From NCBI RefSeq assembly GCF_036365525.1, contig NC_090399.1:2418001-2482000 (forward strand): 64,000 nucleotides of DNA. Reading direction: 5' to 3'. Made by a program: the position numbers and the translations under genes. The stretch is from Heterodontus francisci. Taxonomy: Eukaryota. Of the stretch, positions 46,056-59,680 are shown in pieces (position 1 is the stretch's first letter; the number at the start of each line of letters is the position of its first letter). A model generated the notes under the pieces. That model saw nothing but the letters and a program-made list of their open reading frames with translations. It was not told where the DNA came from and searched no databases.

Positions 46056-48649
46056 TAGGGCTGTGTTTCTGTGGTTCCCAAGGCCCTCCACTCCTCAGAC
46101 CTTTCCTCACCTCATGCCTGGGTCTGCTGTAAATGAACTGATTGAGAATGATTGCCATCATTTGTCAACAACTCCATTATTACTGTATAATGTGACTACC
46201 AGGCTGGTAGATGATGCACTAGATGGACCTTGCTCTTTTCTTGTTTAGCAATTTCTCTGTTTCTAAGACAATCATCGAGCTTGGTTTTCACTAATATTGA
46301 AAATGCAAAATGGTTCATTACCACTGAGCCAAAACACCTTGAGACAGCAAATGCAAAGTCATCATTAACACTGGAAGCATTTTACCAGCTCGGCTATGTC
46401 CAAGATGTGATCACTGCAAGCTGGAGAACAGAGAAAAATCCAACAGGTTAGCTCCAAGTCTTTACTGCTTAATATTTGTTACCAATTCATTTCCCTCTCC
46501 TCCTCCCCTTCTACCATTCATCCCTCCTCAGGAGTCCTTGCTGGGGTTCAAGTTGCATGAACTCCCAAAACCCTCCAGTTCTTCACATAAGCAGCTGTTA
46601 GTAAAGCGTGAGCCTTGGCAGCAAGTGTTGAGAGGCTATTCAACTATTGTAGCATCTCTGCTGAGGACAATCTTTTCTTCACCTGAAAAACCACATGTAC
46701 AGCTCCAGCAAGGGTTGTGGAGGTGATGATGGTGGGAGCAGGGGAGGAGGGAGGGAGGGCTGATGTTGAGCCATCAGGAGCAGGAACTTTATCCTAGAAG
46801 CACTGAAGACAACTGACTTAGCCCAAACAACAGATCGAACGTGGGACCTTCCTGCTCTGTGTGGCTCAATGAGTAATCTCACCAAGGCATTGGGATCATC
46901 CCCCGATCTGTTCAAGGATGTTCCTCTGGTATCAACCCCACCAGAAATGTCTTTGGACCTGCAGTGAACCATGCTCTCAGTTTCTCTGCTTCAGACGTTG
47001 GCCCTTTATCTATGCCCTAGGGTTCTGGTTCTGTAACTGGCAGGACACATCCAAGACCTTTCAGTAAACTCCATTAAAAGGACATGCTGCCGCAGGAGCG
47101 ATAAAAGCAATAAAATAAATAGGTTCATTAAAAAAAGAGCAAGGAATGTCCCACAAATACATTCTCACAAATTGGTAGCAAAGTAACGGGAATCTTTACG
47201 TCCAATCTTTCTTTCGAACATACGAACATATGAATTAGGAGCAGGAGTAGGCCACTTGGCTCTTCAAACCTGCTCCGCCATTCAATAGTTCAGGGCTGAA
47301 CTGATTACTCCACATTTCCACCTACCCCCGATAACTTCCACCCCTTCTCTTTATTCCTCTATCGGTATCAAATTTAACTGTAATTCATCCTCCATCTCTG
47401 TTGTTCACTCTATTTCTCCCTCGATCCTTAAGTTGCAATTGTTAAGGAGATTCCCATTGCCCTCGCTGCACTGCTATCAATTCACATTTCCAGCAAAGTG
47501 TAACGCAAAAGTAATACGACCTGAAGGGTGAGGAAAAAACATCGACTTCATACTGGCTGCTACAACATGCTCAACTCCAGCAATTTCTGGGCCATTAACT
47601 ATTCAACATTGCAAAAGCTCATTTCTGAGCTCAGTGTGTGTTCAAAGCCTTCTTCGGGGCACTTTCCCTGATCTGTTAGCAGTATTTACGTGGGTCACAA
47701 AAGCTCAGACCCCCGGCCATGCCAGCTTCCCATTTACATAACAGCAGGTAACACCCACCTGTGTACAGGACAAGCAAACCCCCACCGTGACTGTCTGACT
47801 CGGGCCTCGACCTGAAGACAGCCAGTTTCTCAACTGCTTAAATTTCTACCTTTACCCAGTTGTTCATGACAATACCAAAGCCAATTACAGAGCCCACTGC
47901 CGACTGGTATTAGCACTCCCGTAGACAGCTCAGCACCAAAAGAGTCCAAGGCAGAAAACACTTATATAACACAGACTTACTCCCTGCTGTGATCTTCCCA
48001 GCTGATGTAGCTGGCTGGCTGTCTGTGTTTATATTAACTCGAACACCCCATCTTTCCTCATCTAATTAGGAAATTGACACACACATACACAGCAGGGTGT
48101 ATGCCAGATTTTCTGCAACATTTAATTATTTTGATACTTGGTGACCACAAGTGACTTGTCAGCATTAACTGTCTCCCCTGTCTATGAAAGTGTACAGTTG
48201 CTCAATGTAATCGTAGTGCAAGGCAGACTCTCTCACTTTCCTCTTTATTTTTTAGGTGCTTTCTGTGCCATGTCTACTGAGTTACACAACAGGGGTCACT
48301 GGATTGTGGGAGCTGTGGGGAGAGGGAGGAGTGGGTGAGGGAAGCAGGAGGGATTGGGTGGGTTAGGGGCTACAATAATAAAAGAAAGAACTTGCATTTC
48401 AATAAGGCCTTTCACTACCTCAGGAGATCCCAAAGTGCTTTACAGCCAATGAAGTACATTTTTGAATTACACTTGTAATGTAGAAAATGCAGCAGCCAAG
48501 TTGCACCCAGCAAGCTCTCACAAATAGCTATGAGATAAATGACAAGATAATCTGTTTTCATGATGTTGATTGAGGGATGAATATTGGCCAGGACACCAGA
48601 GATACACCCCTGCTCTGCTTCGAAAAGAGCAGTGGGATTTTTTTTTTAC

Positions 48650-51600
48650 TATTCGTTGATGTGATGTGGGCGTCGCTGGCCAGGCCAGCATTTATTGCCC
48701 ATCCCGAATTGCCCTTGAGACGGTGGTGGTGAGCTGCTTTCTTGAACCACTGCAGTCCATGCGGGGTAGGTACACCCACAGTGCTGTTAGGAAGGGAGTT
48801 CCAGGATTTTGACCTGGCAACGGTGAAGGAATAGCAATATAGTTCCAAGTCAGGATGGTGTGTGCCCTTGTCCTCGTCGGTAGTAGAGGTCGCAGGTTTG
48901 GAAGGTGCTGCCTGAGGAGCCTCAGTATGTTGCTGCAGTGCATCTTGTAGACGCTGCACACTGCTGCCACTGTGCGTCGAGGGAGTGCATATTCATGGAC
49001 AGGGTGCCAATCAAGCGGGCTGCTTTGACCTGGATGGTGTCGAGCTTCTTGAATGTTGTTGGATCTGCACCCATCCAGGCAAGTGGAGAGTATTCCATCA
49101 CACTCCTGACTTATGTCTTGTAGATGGCGAACAGGCTTTGGGGAGTCAGGAGGTGAGTTACTCGCCGCAGGATTCCTAGCCTCTGACCTGCTCTTGTAGC
49201 CACGGTATTTATATGACTACTCCAGTTCAGTTTTTGATCAATGGTAACATGGTAACCCGCAGGATGTTGAAAGTGGTGGATTCAGCAATGGTAATGCCAT
49301 TGAATGTCATGGGGAGATGGTTACATTCCCTCTTGTTGGAGATGGTCATTGCCTAGCATTTGTGTGGCGCGAATGTTACTTGCCATTTATCAGCCCAAGC
49401 CTGGATATTGTCAGGTCTTGCTGCATTTCTACACGAACTGCTTCAGTATCTGAGGAGTCACGAATGGTGCTGAACATTGTGCAATCATCAGCGAATATCC
49501 CCACTTCTGACCTTATGACTGAAGGAAGGTCATTGATGAAGCAGCTGAAGATGGTTGGGCCTAGGACACTACCCTGAGGAACTCCTGCAGTGATGTCCTG
49601 GAGCTGAGGTGATTGACCTCCAGCAACACAATCATCCTCCTTTGTGCTAGGTGTGACTCCAACCAGCGGTGAGTTTTCCCCGTGATTCCCATTAGCTGTA
49701 GATTTACTAGGGCTCCTCGATGCCATACTTGATCAAATGCTGCCTTGATGTCAAGGGCAGTCACTCTCACCTCACCTTTTGAGTTTAGCTCTTTCTTCCA
49801 TGTCTGAACCAAGGCTGTAATGAGGTCAGGAGCTGAGTGGCCCTGGTGGAATCCAAACTGAATGTCACTGAGCAGGTTATTGCTAAGCAAGTGCCGCTTG
49901 ATAGCACTGTCAATGACACCTTCCATCACTTTACTGATGATTGAGAGTAGGCTGATGGGGCGGCAATTGGCCGGGTTGGATTTGTCCTGCATTTTTGTAC
50001 AGGACATACATGGGCAATTTTCCACATTGCAGGGTAAATGCCAGTGTTGTAGCTGTACTGGAACAACTTGGCTTGGGGCACGGCAAGTTCTGGAGCACAG
50101 GTCTTCTGTATTATTGCCGGAATATTGTCAGGCCCCATAGCTTTTGCAGTATCCAGTGCCTTCAGTCGTTTCTTGATATCATGTGGAATGAATCGAATTG
50201 GCTGAAGTCTGGCATTGGTGATGCTGGAGACTTTCGGAGGAGGCCAAGATGGATCATCAACTCAGCGCTTCTGGCTGAAGATTGTTGCAAATGCTTCAGC
50301 CTTATCTTTTGCACTGATGTGCTTGGCTCCTCCATCGTTGAAGATGGGGATATTTGTTGAGCCAACTTCTCCTGCTAGTTGTTTAATTGCCCACCACCAT
50401 CCACGGCTGGATGTGGCAGGAGTGCAGAGCTTAGATCTGATCTGTTGGTTGTGAGATCGCTTAGCTCTGTCTATCACATGGTGCTTACGTTGTTTGGCAT
50501 GCAAGTAGTCCTGGGTTGTAGCTTCACCAGGTTGACACCTCATTTTGAGGTATGCCTGGTGTTGCTCCTGGCATGCCCTCCTGCACTCTTCACTGAACCA
50601 GGGTTGGTCCCCCAGCTTGATGGTAATGGTAGAGTGGGGGATATGATGGGCCATGAGGTTACAGATTGTGGTTGAGTACAATCCTGCTGCTGCTGATGGC
50701 CCACAGCGCCTCATGGATGCCCAGTTTTGCATTGCTAGATCTGTTCGAAATCTATCCCATTTAGCACAGTGGTAGTGCCACACAACACGATGGAGGGTAT
50801 CCTCAATGTGAAGACGGGACTTCGTCTCCCCAAGGACTGTGCGGTGGTCACTCCTACCAATACTGTCATGGACGATGCATCTGCGGCAGGTAGAATAGTG
50901 AGGATGAGGTCAAGTATGGTTTTCCCTTTTGTTGGTTCCCTCACCACCTGCCGCAGACCCAGTATAGCAGCTATGTCCTTTGGAACTCGGCCAGCTCGGT
51001 CAGTAGTGGTGCTGGTGATGGACATTGAAGTCACCACCCAGAGTACGTTCTGCGCCCTTGCCACCCTCAGCACTTCTTCCAAGTGGTGTTCAACATGGAG
51101 CAGTTGTGATTCATCAGCTGAGGTGGGGGGGGGGGGGGTGGGGAGAGGAGGGCGAGGGCGGTATGTTGTAATCAGCAGGAGGTTTCCTTGCCCATGTTTG
51201 ACCTGATGCCATGAGACTCGATGTGGTGCGAATGTTGTGGACTCCCAGGGCAACTTTCTCCCGACTATATACCACTGTATACCACAAGCTCCCAGATGTT
51301 AGTAAGGAGGACTTTGCAGGGTCGACAGGGCTGGGTTTGCCATTGTCGTTTCCAGTGCCTGGGCCAATGCCGGGTGGTCCGTCCGGATTCATTCCTTATC
51401 GACTTTTTAGTAGTTAGGTACAACTGAGTGGCTTGCTAGGCCATTTCAGAGGGCATTTAAGAGTCAACCACATTGCTGTGGGCCTCAAGTCACATGTAGG
51501 CGAGAGCAGGTAAGAGCTGCAGATTTCCTTCCCCAAAGAACATCAGTGAACAAGATGGGTTTTTGTGATAATCGACAATAGTTTCATGGTCATCATTCGA

Positions 51601-51720
51601 CTAGCTTTTTTTTATTCCAGATTTTTTTATTAATTGAATTCAAATTCCACCTTCTGCACTGGTGAGATTCAAACCCATATCCCCCCCACCTCTGGGTTAC
51701 TAGTCCAGTGACAATACCAC
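48650..51720 (-). mobile_element. Degenerate near-full-length APE+RT LINE (CR1/L2 group) whose 5' end is the SINE head and body
   Basis: APE remnants (LLITTYRP, ILDLILT), RT ([41 protein letters not shown]); 51421-51720 matches the 5' part of the 45276 SINE. Confidence 0.85.
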
Positions 51721-52369
51721 AGAATGGACACTGTCTTGATTTAGCATCTCATCCAAATGGCCCCACCTCTGACAGCGCAGTACTCCCTCAGCACTGCACT
51801 GAAGTGGAGACTGGACTATGTGCTTGAGTCTCTGCAGTGAGTCTCAGAGCTGAGACTCCTACCACTGAGCCAAGGTTGTCACTTCAGTAACAAAGGATGG
51901 GGAATAAGTTGTAATGGTTCACTGGGATATCATGGAGTATCTGTTCAGGGGAAGGAACAACACTGAGCCTCTGTCACCTTGTGACCCCACTTTTCTCTAA
52001 ACTCCTCGTGGGTCTCTTCGGATCCATCTGGTAGGAATGTGTAATGAGACAGGATTAATTACTAATATCATAGTAATGGATCCTCGAGGCAAGTATTATC
52101 ATAACATGATAGAATTTCACATTCAATTTGAGGTTAAAAACTTGGGTCTGAAACTAGCATTTTTAATTTAAATAAAGGCATTACAAAGGTATGAAGACAG
52201 AGCTGGCTACAGTGGACTGGGAAAATGGATTAAAAGGTAACACGGTAAATAAGCAGTGGCAGACACTTGAGAAGATATTTCATAACTCTTAACAAAGCAA
52301 TATACCATTGAGAAAAAAAGACTCTTGACAAAAATGCACCATCCGTGACTAACTAAGAACATTAACTAA

Positions 52370-52625
52370 AGAGACCACAGAGAGAGAGAAAAAAAAAGTG
52401 GGAGCAGAGCTTTAAAAAGCGTGCCAAAAGGAACAGAATCAGAGACCACAGAGAGAGAGAGAGAAAAAAAACACAGTGGGAGCAGAGCTTTAAAAAGCGT
52501 GCCAAAAGGAACAGAATCGGAGACCACAGAGAGAGAGGGAGAAAAAAAACACAGTGGGAGCAGAGCTTTAAAAAGCGTGCCAAAAGGAACAGAATCGGAG
52601 ACCACAGAGAGAGAGAGAGAGAGAG
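52370..52625. repeat. ~70-bp tandem repeat, about three copies (GAGACCACAGAGAG..GTGGGAGCAGAGCTTTAAAAAGCGTGCCAAAAGGAACAGAATC), probably CR1 5' UTR-derived
   Basis: Direct inspection; embedded among plus-strand CR1 fragments. Confidence 0.8.
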
Positions 52626-52894
52626 GGTATTTTAAGGGAGTAAAAACAGAGAGAGAAAAAAGAGTGACATCACAGGAAAACCACAAGTTCATTGGTTGGC
52701 AAGTAACTGCTAGTTGAATTACCTATTCTAAATTGATTTCAGATTAAAGGTGAGTAGGAGAAATATTTCACAGATTAAAAACTAAAGACCAGTCGGAAAT
52801 TTAAAAAAAACAAATTAAAATCTGATCAAATAAAACAGAGATATGGGAGCTGGTGGACCCCATTGTGGTTCCTGGTGACCACATCTGCAGCAAG

Positions 52895-53430
52895 CCTTGC
52901 ATCAGTCGTGGGGAAAATGCTAGAGTCTGTTATAAAGGATGTGATAGCAGAACACCTGGAAAGCATAAACAGGATTGGACAAAGTCAGCAGGGGTTTTCG
53001 AAAGGGAAATCATGCTTAACAAATCTACTGGAGTGTTTTGAGGATGCAATTAGTAGAATAGATAAGGAAGAGCCAGTGGATGTGGTGTATTTGGATTTTT
53101 AGAAGGCTTTTGATAAGGTCTCACAGAAGAGGATAGTGTGCAAACTTAAAGCACATGGGATTGGGGGTAATATACCGGCATGGATTGAGAGATTGGTTGA
53201 CAGACAGGAAACAGAGAGTAGGAATAAACGGGTCTTTTTCCGGGTGGTAGGCTGTGACTAGTGGGGTACCGCAGGGATCAGTGCTTGGGCCCCAGTTATT
53301 CACAATATATATTAATGACTTGGGTGAGGGAACTAAATGTAACATTTCCAAGTTTGCAGACGACACAAAACTTGGGGGGAATGTGAGCTGTGAGGAGGAT
53401 GCAAAGAGGCTCCAATGTGATTTGGATACT
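52895..53430 (+). mobile_element. CR1 RT fragment
   Basis: [33 protein letters not shown]. Confidence 0.88.
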
Positions 53431-53434
53431 TTGG

Positions 53435-56400
53435 ATAAGAAAATAGGAGCAGGAGTAGGCCATTTGGCCTTCGGACCTGCTCCGCCATTCAAAACAATCA
53501 TGGCTGATCGTCTAATTCAGTACCCTGTTCCCGCTTTCCCCCATATCCCTTGATCCATTTGGCATTAAGAAATATATCCATCACCTTCTTGAACATATTT
53601 AATGACTTGGCCTCCACTGCCTTCGGCGGTAGAGAATTCCAAAGGTTCACCACCCTCTGAGTGAAGAATTTTCTCCTCATCTCGGTTCTAAATGGCATAC
53701 CCCGTATACTGAGACTGTGACCCCTGGTTCTGGACTCCCCAGCCATCGGGAACATCCTCCCTGCATCTAGCCTGTCTAGTCCTGCTAGAATGTTATAGGT
53801 TTCTATGACATTCTCTCTCATTCTTCTAAACTCTAGTGAATATAGGCCCAAAATCTCCTCATACGTCAATCCTGTCATCCCAGGAATCAGCCTAGCAAAT
53901 CTTCTTTGCACTCCCTCCACAGCAAGAACATTCTTCCTTAGCTAAGGAGACCAAAATTGCACACAATACTCCAGATATGGTCTCACCAAGGCCCTGTATA
54001 ACTGCAGTAAGACATCCTTGCTCCTGTACTCAAATCCTCTTGCAATGAAGGTCAACATACCATTCACCTTCCTAACTGCTTGCTGCACCTGAATGCTTGC
54101 TTTCAGCGACTGGTGTTCAAGGACACCCAGGCCTCGTTGCACCTCCCCCTTTCCCAATCTATCACCATTTAGATAATAATCTGCCTTCCTGTTTTTACAA
54201 CCAAAATGGATAACCTCACACTTATCCACATTATACTGCATCTGCCATGCATTTGCCCACTCACCCAACTTGTCTAAATCACATTGGAGCCTCTTTGCAT
54301 CATCCTCACAGCTCACATTCCCCCCCAGCTTTGTGCCATCTGCAAACTTGGAAATGTTATATTTAGTTCCCTCACCCAAGTCATTAATATATATTGTGAA
54401 TGGCTGGGGCCCAAGCACTGATCCCTGCGGTACCCCACTAGTCACTGCCTGCCACCCAGAAAAAGACCCGTTTATTCCTACTCTCTGTTTCCTGTCTGTC
54501 AACCAATTCTCAATCCATGCCAGTATATTACCCCCAATCCCATGTGCTTTAATTTTGCACACTAACCTCTTACGTGGGACCTTATCAAAAGCCTTCTGAA
54601 AATCCAAATACACCACATCCACTGGTTCTCCCTTATCTATTCTACTAGTAATATCCTCAAAAAACTCCAGTAGATTTGTTAAGATTTCCCTTTCGTAAAC
54701 CCATGCTGACTTTGTCCAATCCCGTTTATGCTTTCCAGGTGTTTTCTGCTATCACATCATTTAGAATAGACTCTAGCATTTTCCCCACTACTGATGTAAG
54801 GCTAACTGGTCTGTAATGCCCTGTTTTTTCTCTCCCTCCTTTTTTAAATAGTGGGGTTACATTTGCCGCCCTCCAATCTGTAGGAACTGCTCCAGAGTCT
54901 ATAGAATTTTGGAAGATGACCACCAATGCATCCACTATCTCCAGGGCCACTTCCTTTAGTACTCTGGGATGTAGATTGTCAGGCCCTGGGGATTTGTCAG
55001 CCTTTAACCCCATTAATTTCCCTAGCACTATATTTTTTACTAATACTGATTTCCTTCAGTTCCTCCCTCTCATTAGACTCCTGGTTCCCTAACATTTCTG
55101 GGAGGTTATTTGTGTCCTCTTTTGTGAAGACAGAACCAAAGTATGTGTTTAATTGTTCTGCCATTTCTTTGTTCCCCATTATAATTTCCCCTGTTTCTGA
55201 CATTTGTCTTCACTAATCTTTTTCTCTTCATATATTTATAGAAGCTTTTACAGTCAGTTTTTATGTTCGCCACAAGTTTACTCTCATACTCTATTTTCCC
55301 CCACTTAATCAACCTCATGGTGCTCCTTTGCTGAATTCTAAACTGCTCCCAATCCTCAGACCTGCTGCTTTTTCTAGCAATTTTATATGCCTCCTCTTTG
55401 GATCTAATGCTATCCCTAATTTCTTTTGTAAGCCATGGTTGAGCCACTTTTCTGGTTTTAATTTTTGCACCAGACAGGAATGAATAATTGTTGTAATTCA
55501 TGCACACGTTCTTTAAATATTATCCATTGCCTATCCACCATCAACCCTTTGAGTAAAGTTTTCCAATCTAACATAGCAAACTCACACCTCATACCTGCGT
55601 AGTTTCCTTTACTTAGATTCAGGACCCTAGTTTCAGATTCAACTACTTCACTCTCCATCTTGATGAAGAATTCTATCATGTTATGGTCGCTCCTCCCCAA
55701 GGGACCCCACACAACAAGATTGTTAATTAATCCTTTCTCATCGCACAATACCGTGTCTAGGATAGCCTAGACTCTATTGCTTCTCTAGTTGGTTCCTCAA
55801 TGTATTGGTCTAAAAAACCATCGCGTACACACTCCAGGAAATTCTCCTCCACAGTATTATTGCTAATTTGGTTTGACCGATCTATATGTAGTCACCCATG
55901 ATTACAGTTGTACCCTTATTGCATGCATCTCTAATTTCCTGTTTAATGCCATCCCTTACATCTCCACTACTGTTTGGGGACCTGTAGACAATCCCCCACC
56001 AGCGTTTTCTGTCCCTTGATGTTGCTTAACTCCACCCATACAGATTCCACATCATGATTTTCCGAGCCAATATCCTTCCTCACTATTGCATTGATTTCCT
56101 CCTTTACTAACAATACTACCTGACCTTCTTTTCCTTTTTGCCTGTCCTTCCTAAATATTGAATATGCCTGGATGTTCTGTTCCCATCCTTGGTCATCCCT
56201 GCAGCCATGTCTCTGTAATCGCAACTAGATCATAACCATTTATATCTATTTGCGCTGTTAATTCATCTACCTTATTGCGAATGCACCACGCATTAAGACG
56301 CAATGCCTTTAGACTTGTCTTTTTAACATTGTTAGTCATCTTAACCCTCCCCCACAGCACTAGCAACCCCCCCTCCCGCTCCGAGGAAATTGGTCCCGGT

Positions 56401-57490
56401 CCTGCCTAGATGCAACCCATCCAGCTTGTACTGATCCCACTTTCCCCAGAACTGGTCCCAATGTCCCAGGAATCTGAATCCCTCCCCCCGACACCATTTC
56501 TCCAGCCACGTATTCATCTGATATATCCTGCTATTTCTGCTCTCGCTAGCATGTGGCACTGGTAGTAATCCTGAGATTACTACCTTTGAGATGCAACTTT
56601 TTAATTTACGTCCTAACTCCCTATATTCAGCTTGCAGGACCTCATCCTTTTTTTACCTGTGTCATTGGTACTGATACATACCATCAACTGGCTGCTTGCC
56701 CTACTGCCTCAGAATGCCCTGCAGCCACTCAGAGACATCCTTGACCCTAGCACCAGGAAGGCAACATACCATCCTGGAGTCTCTTTTGCAGCTGCAGAAG
56801 CACCTGTCTGTTCCTCTTACAATTGATTCCCCTATCACTGTCGCCCTGCCATTCTTCTTCCTTCCCTCCTGTGCAGCAGAGCCACCCATGGTGCCATGAA
56901 CATGGTGCTTGCAGCTTTCCCCTGAGCCATCTCCCCAACAATATCCAAAGCGGTATATCTGTTAGAGAGAGGGATGGCCACAGGGGACTCCTGCACTACC
57001 TGCCTTCCTCTACTCTGCCTGGTGGTCACCCATTCCCTTTCTGCCTTTGCAGCATTTGCCTGCGGTGTGACCACCTCGCTAAACGTGCCATCCATGATGA
57101 TCTCAGCATCGCGGATGCTCCACAGTGAATCCACTACAGCTCCAGCTCTGTAATGCGGGTAGCCAGTAGCTGCAGATGGATCCACTTCCTGCATACATGG
57201 TCGTCAGGGACACTGGAAGCCTCCTGATTTCCCACACAGTGCAGGAGGAGTATATCACGGGTGCAAGATCTCCTGCCATGACTTACCTTTAGATTACTTA
57301 GATACTCCCTTTAATTAAAAGATACTAATTACGCTAGGGGCCTTGTTCTACTCCAAACACTGCCCACTACAATCTAAAGTCCTTACCTTTACTTTTGAAG
57401 CTAATGGACTGCAGTAGTACAAATAGTAGAAAAAGTAGAAAAACTCACCTGAACCTACTTACCAATCAGCTGCTTCCCTGCGCCCAGGTC
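53435..57490 (-). mobile_element. Near full-length degenerate CR1 LINE (ORF1 esterase plus ORF2)
   Basis: ORF1 SGNH-esterase remnants (VIGESIVRGTDR..CLPGARVKDV, KLDGLHL), endonuclease (ESVWVEL, GRSDHNMI), RT and tail, all in order. Confidence 0.9.
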
Positions 57491-58239
57491 ACTTTTTGAA
57501 TCCTGATGTCACTTGGAATTCCACCGCCTGAAGGTCCCGAAGGTAGGCCTCTCCTCAGCTCCTCTCAGGTCTCGGCCTCTCTACCTCTGTTTGCATTCTT
57601 TATCTCTGTCTCTCGCCCCGCCTCTCCTCAGCTCTTCTCGGGTATCCCGAGAAGAGCCTCACAGGAATTTTGCCACTAGTGGAACGGCACCACCGCTGCA
57701 TGCTGAGGCCGCCAGCTCAATGGAAGCAGCCTCCCTACAGCAGCATGTGGCAGGGGGGGTGGTTGGCATCGATGTGCCAGAGGATCCATGACAGGGCCGT
57801 GGGCAGCAGCACATGTGGCCCAAGCGATTCCTCTACAGGGGTTTCCCCTCCGCTGCGAGGGGCCTCTGATGGTGCTCAATGTTGAGGTGCCCTTGTAATC
57901 CACGACCTGCCTCAACAGCACTCACCTTTCCTGGTGGGGCTGCCGAGGCTCCGGACCTGCGCCACTAATTGGGCCTGCAGAATCGGTAGTCCTCCTCCCA
58001 TCCTCAATAAAATAGTGAGCTCAGAGGTGGCCAATTAGCAGTCCACCTCCTGGAAGATTGTGCTGCCAAGCTCGCTGCCGGAAAGCATGCGTTCTGCACC
58101 CCCATTTGGTCCTGAAGTCCACGGTAAAACCCAGCCCACTCAGTTGTCAAGGGCAATTCAGGATGGGCAACAAATGCTGGCCTTGCCAGTGACACCCACA
58201 TTTCATGAAAAAATAAAAAATACCTCTGTTTGACGTAAA

Positions 58240-58940
58240 ATGGCATTATCAGCATCAAATCCCTCACTATCAACATCCAGCCATTGACCAGAAATCTAAA
58301 TGGTTTCCATATAAATGCTGTGGTGACAAATGCTGTGGTGACAAGAGCAGGTTAGAGGCTGGGAATTCTACGGCAAGCAACTCACCTTCTGACTCCCAAA
58401 GCCTGTCTACCATCCAAAGGCACAAGTCAGGGGTATGATGGAATACTCTCCACTTGTCTGGTTGAATGCAGCTCCAATAACACTCAAGAAGCTCGACACC
58501 ATCCAGGATAAAGCAGTCCGCTTGATCGGCACCCCATCTACAACCTTCAATATTCACTCCTTCCAACACCAACGTACAGTGGCAGAAGTGTGTACCATCT
58601 ACAAGATGCACTGCAGCAACTCACCAAGGCTCCTTCGACTGTACCTTCCAAACCTGCAACCTCTACCACCCAAAAGGATAAGGACAGCAGATGCATGGGA
58701 ACACCACCGCCTGTAAGTTTCCCTCCGAGTCACTCATCGTCCTGATTGGAACTATATCACCATTCCCTCACTGTTGCTGGGTCAAAATCCTCCCTTCCTA
58801 ACAACCCTGTGGGTGTACCTACACCACATGGACTGCAGCAGTTCAAGAAGGCTCTCCACCACCAACATTTGAAAGGCAAGGAATGGGCAACAGATGCTGG
58901 TTTTGCAAGTGACGTCCACATCCCATGGCTGAATAAATAA
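58240..58940 (+). mobile_element. 3' fragment of the same LINE family as 48650-51720
   Basis: MEYSPL.W..AAP.TLKKLDTIQDKAVRLIG; same tail. Confidence 0.8.
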
Positions 58941-59249
58941 AAGGAAACATCTTGGGTCAGTACAATCTGACAACTTAGATATACTGCCCTCCATTCTCAA
59001 ATCTGGGTCATTTACACATTGAGAGAAACTGCAGCATAAACAACAGCACCTGGGAGTCAGAAAATGTCAACGAATGCAATCCAGAGGATACATTTTACGC
59101 CAATTCTGAAATCCTATATCTCAACCAAATTTCCATCCATACCGTGGCATTATATCCAATTCCAGGCATTCAATGTCAGCGAGCAGGATCATGTCAGTTG
59201 AAGATAATCAGTTTAAACGACAATAAAATAGTTCCTGATATCTAACTAA

Positions 59250-59680
59250 CCTGGATTACGGCACCGCCTGATATAATACTCTCTGAGAAAACAGTCGCCG
59301 ATACGTCACTGCCCTGGATTACAGCACAGTTTGATATAATACTCTCTAATAAAACAGTCACTGATATATCATTGCCCAAGATTACAGCACAGTTTGATAT
59401 AATACTCTCTGAGAAAACAGTCGCCGATACGTCACTGCCCTGGATTACAGCAACATCTGACATAATACTCCTTGATAAAGCAGTCACCGATATATTTCTG
59501 CCATGGATTACTGCACCATCAGAAATAATGCTCTAAGATAAAACAGTCACCAATATATCACAGCCCTGTATTACAGCACCATCTGATATAATACTGCACG
59601 ATAAAATAGTCACTGAAATATCACTGCCCTGTATTACAGCAACGTCTGATATAATACTCCCTGATAAAACTGTCACCGAT
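59250..59680. repeat. Degenerate edge of the 63-bp minisatellite
   Basis: About 7 diverged units of CTGCCCTGGATTACAGCA..GATATAATACTC..AAACAGTCAC.GATA. Confidence 0.88.

Noticed and set aside
46230-46451. Plus-strand ORF containing NAKWFITT, reminiscent of SOUL AKWVST
   Set aside because: Wrong strand and no other SOUL motifs; treated as coincidence.
46682-46800. Pro-rich segment ending TTCAG|GTGAAG as SOUL exon 1
   Set aside because: The phase fits, but the donor is weak, the sequence is low complexity and it has no signal-peptide character; cannot be supported.
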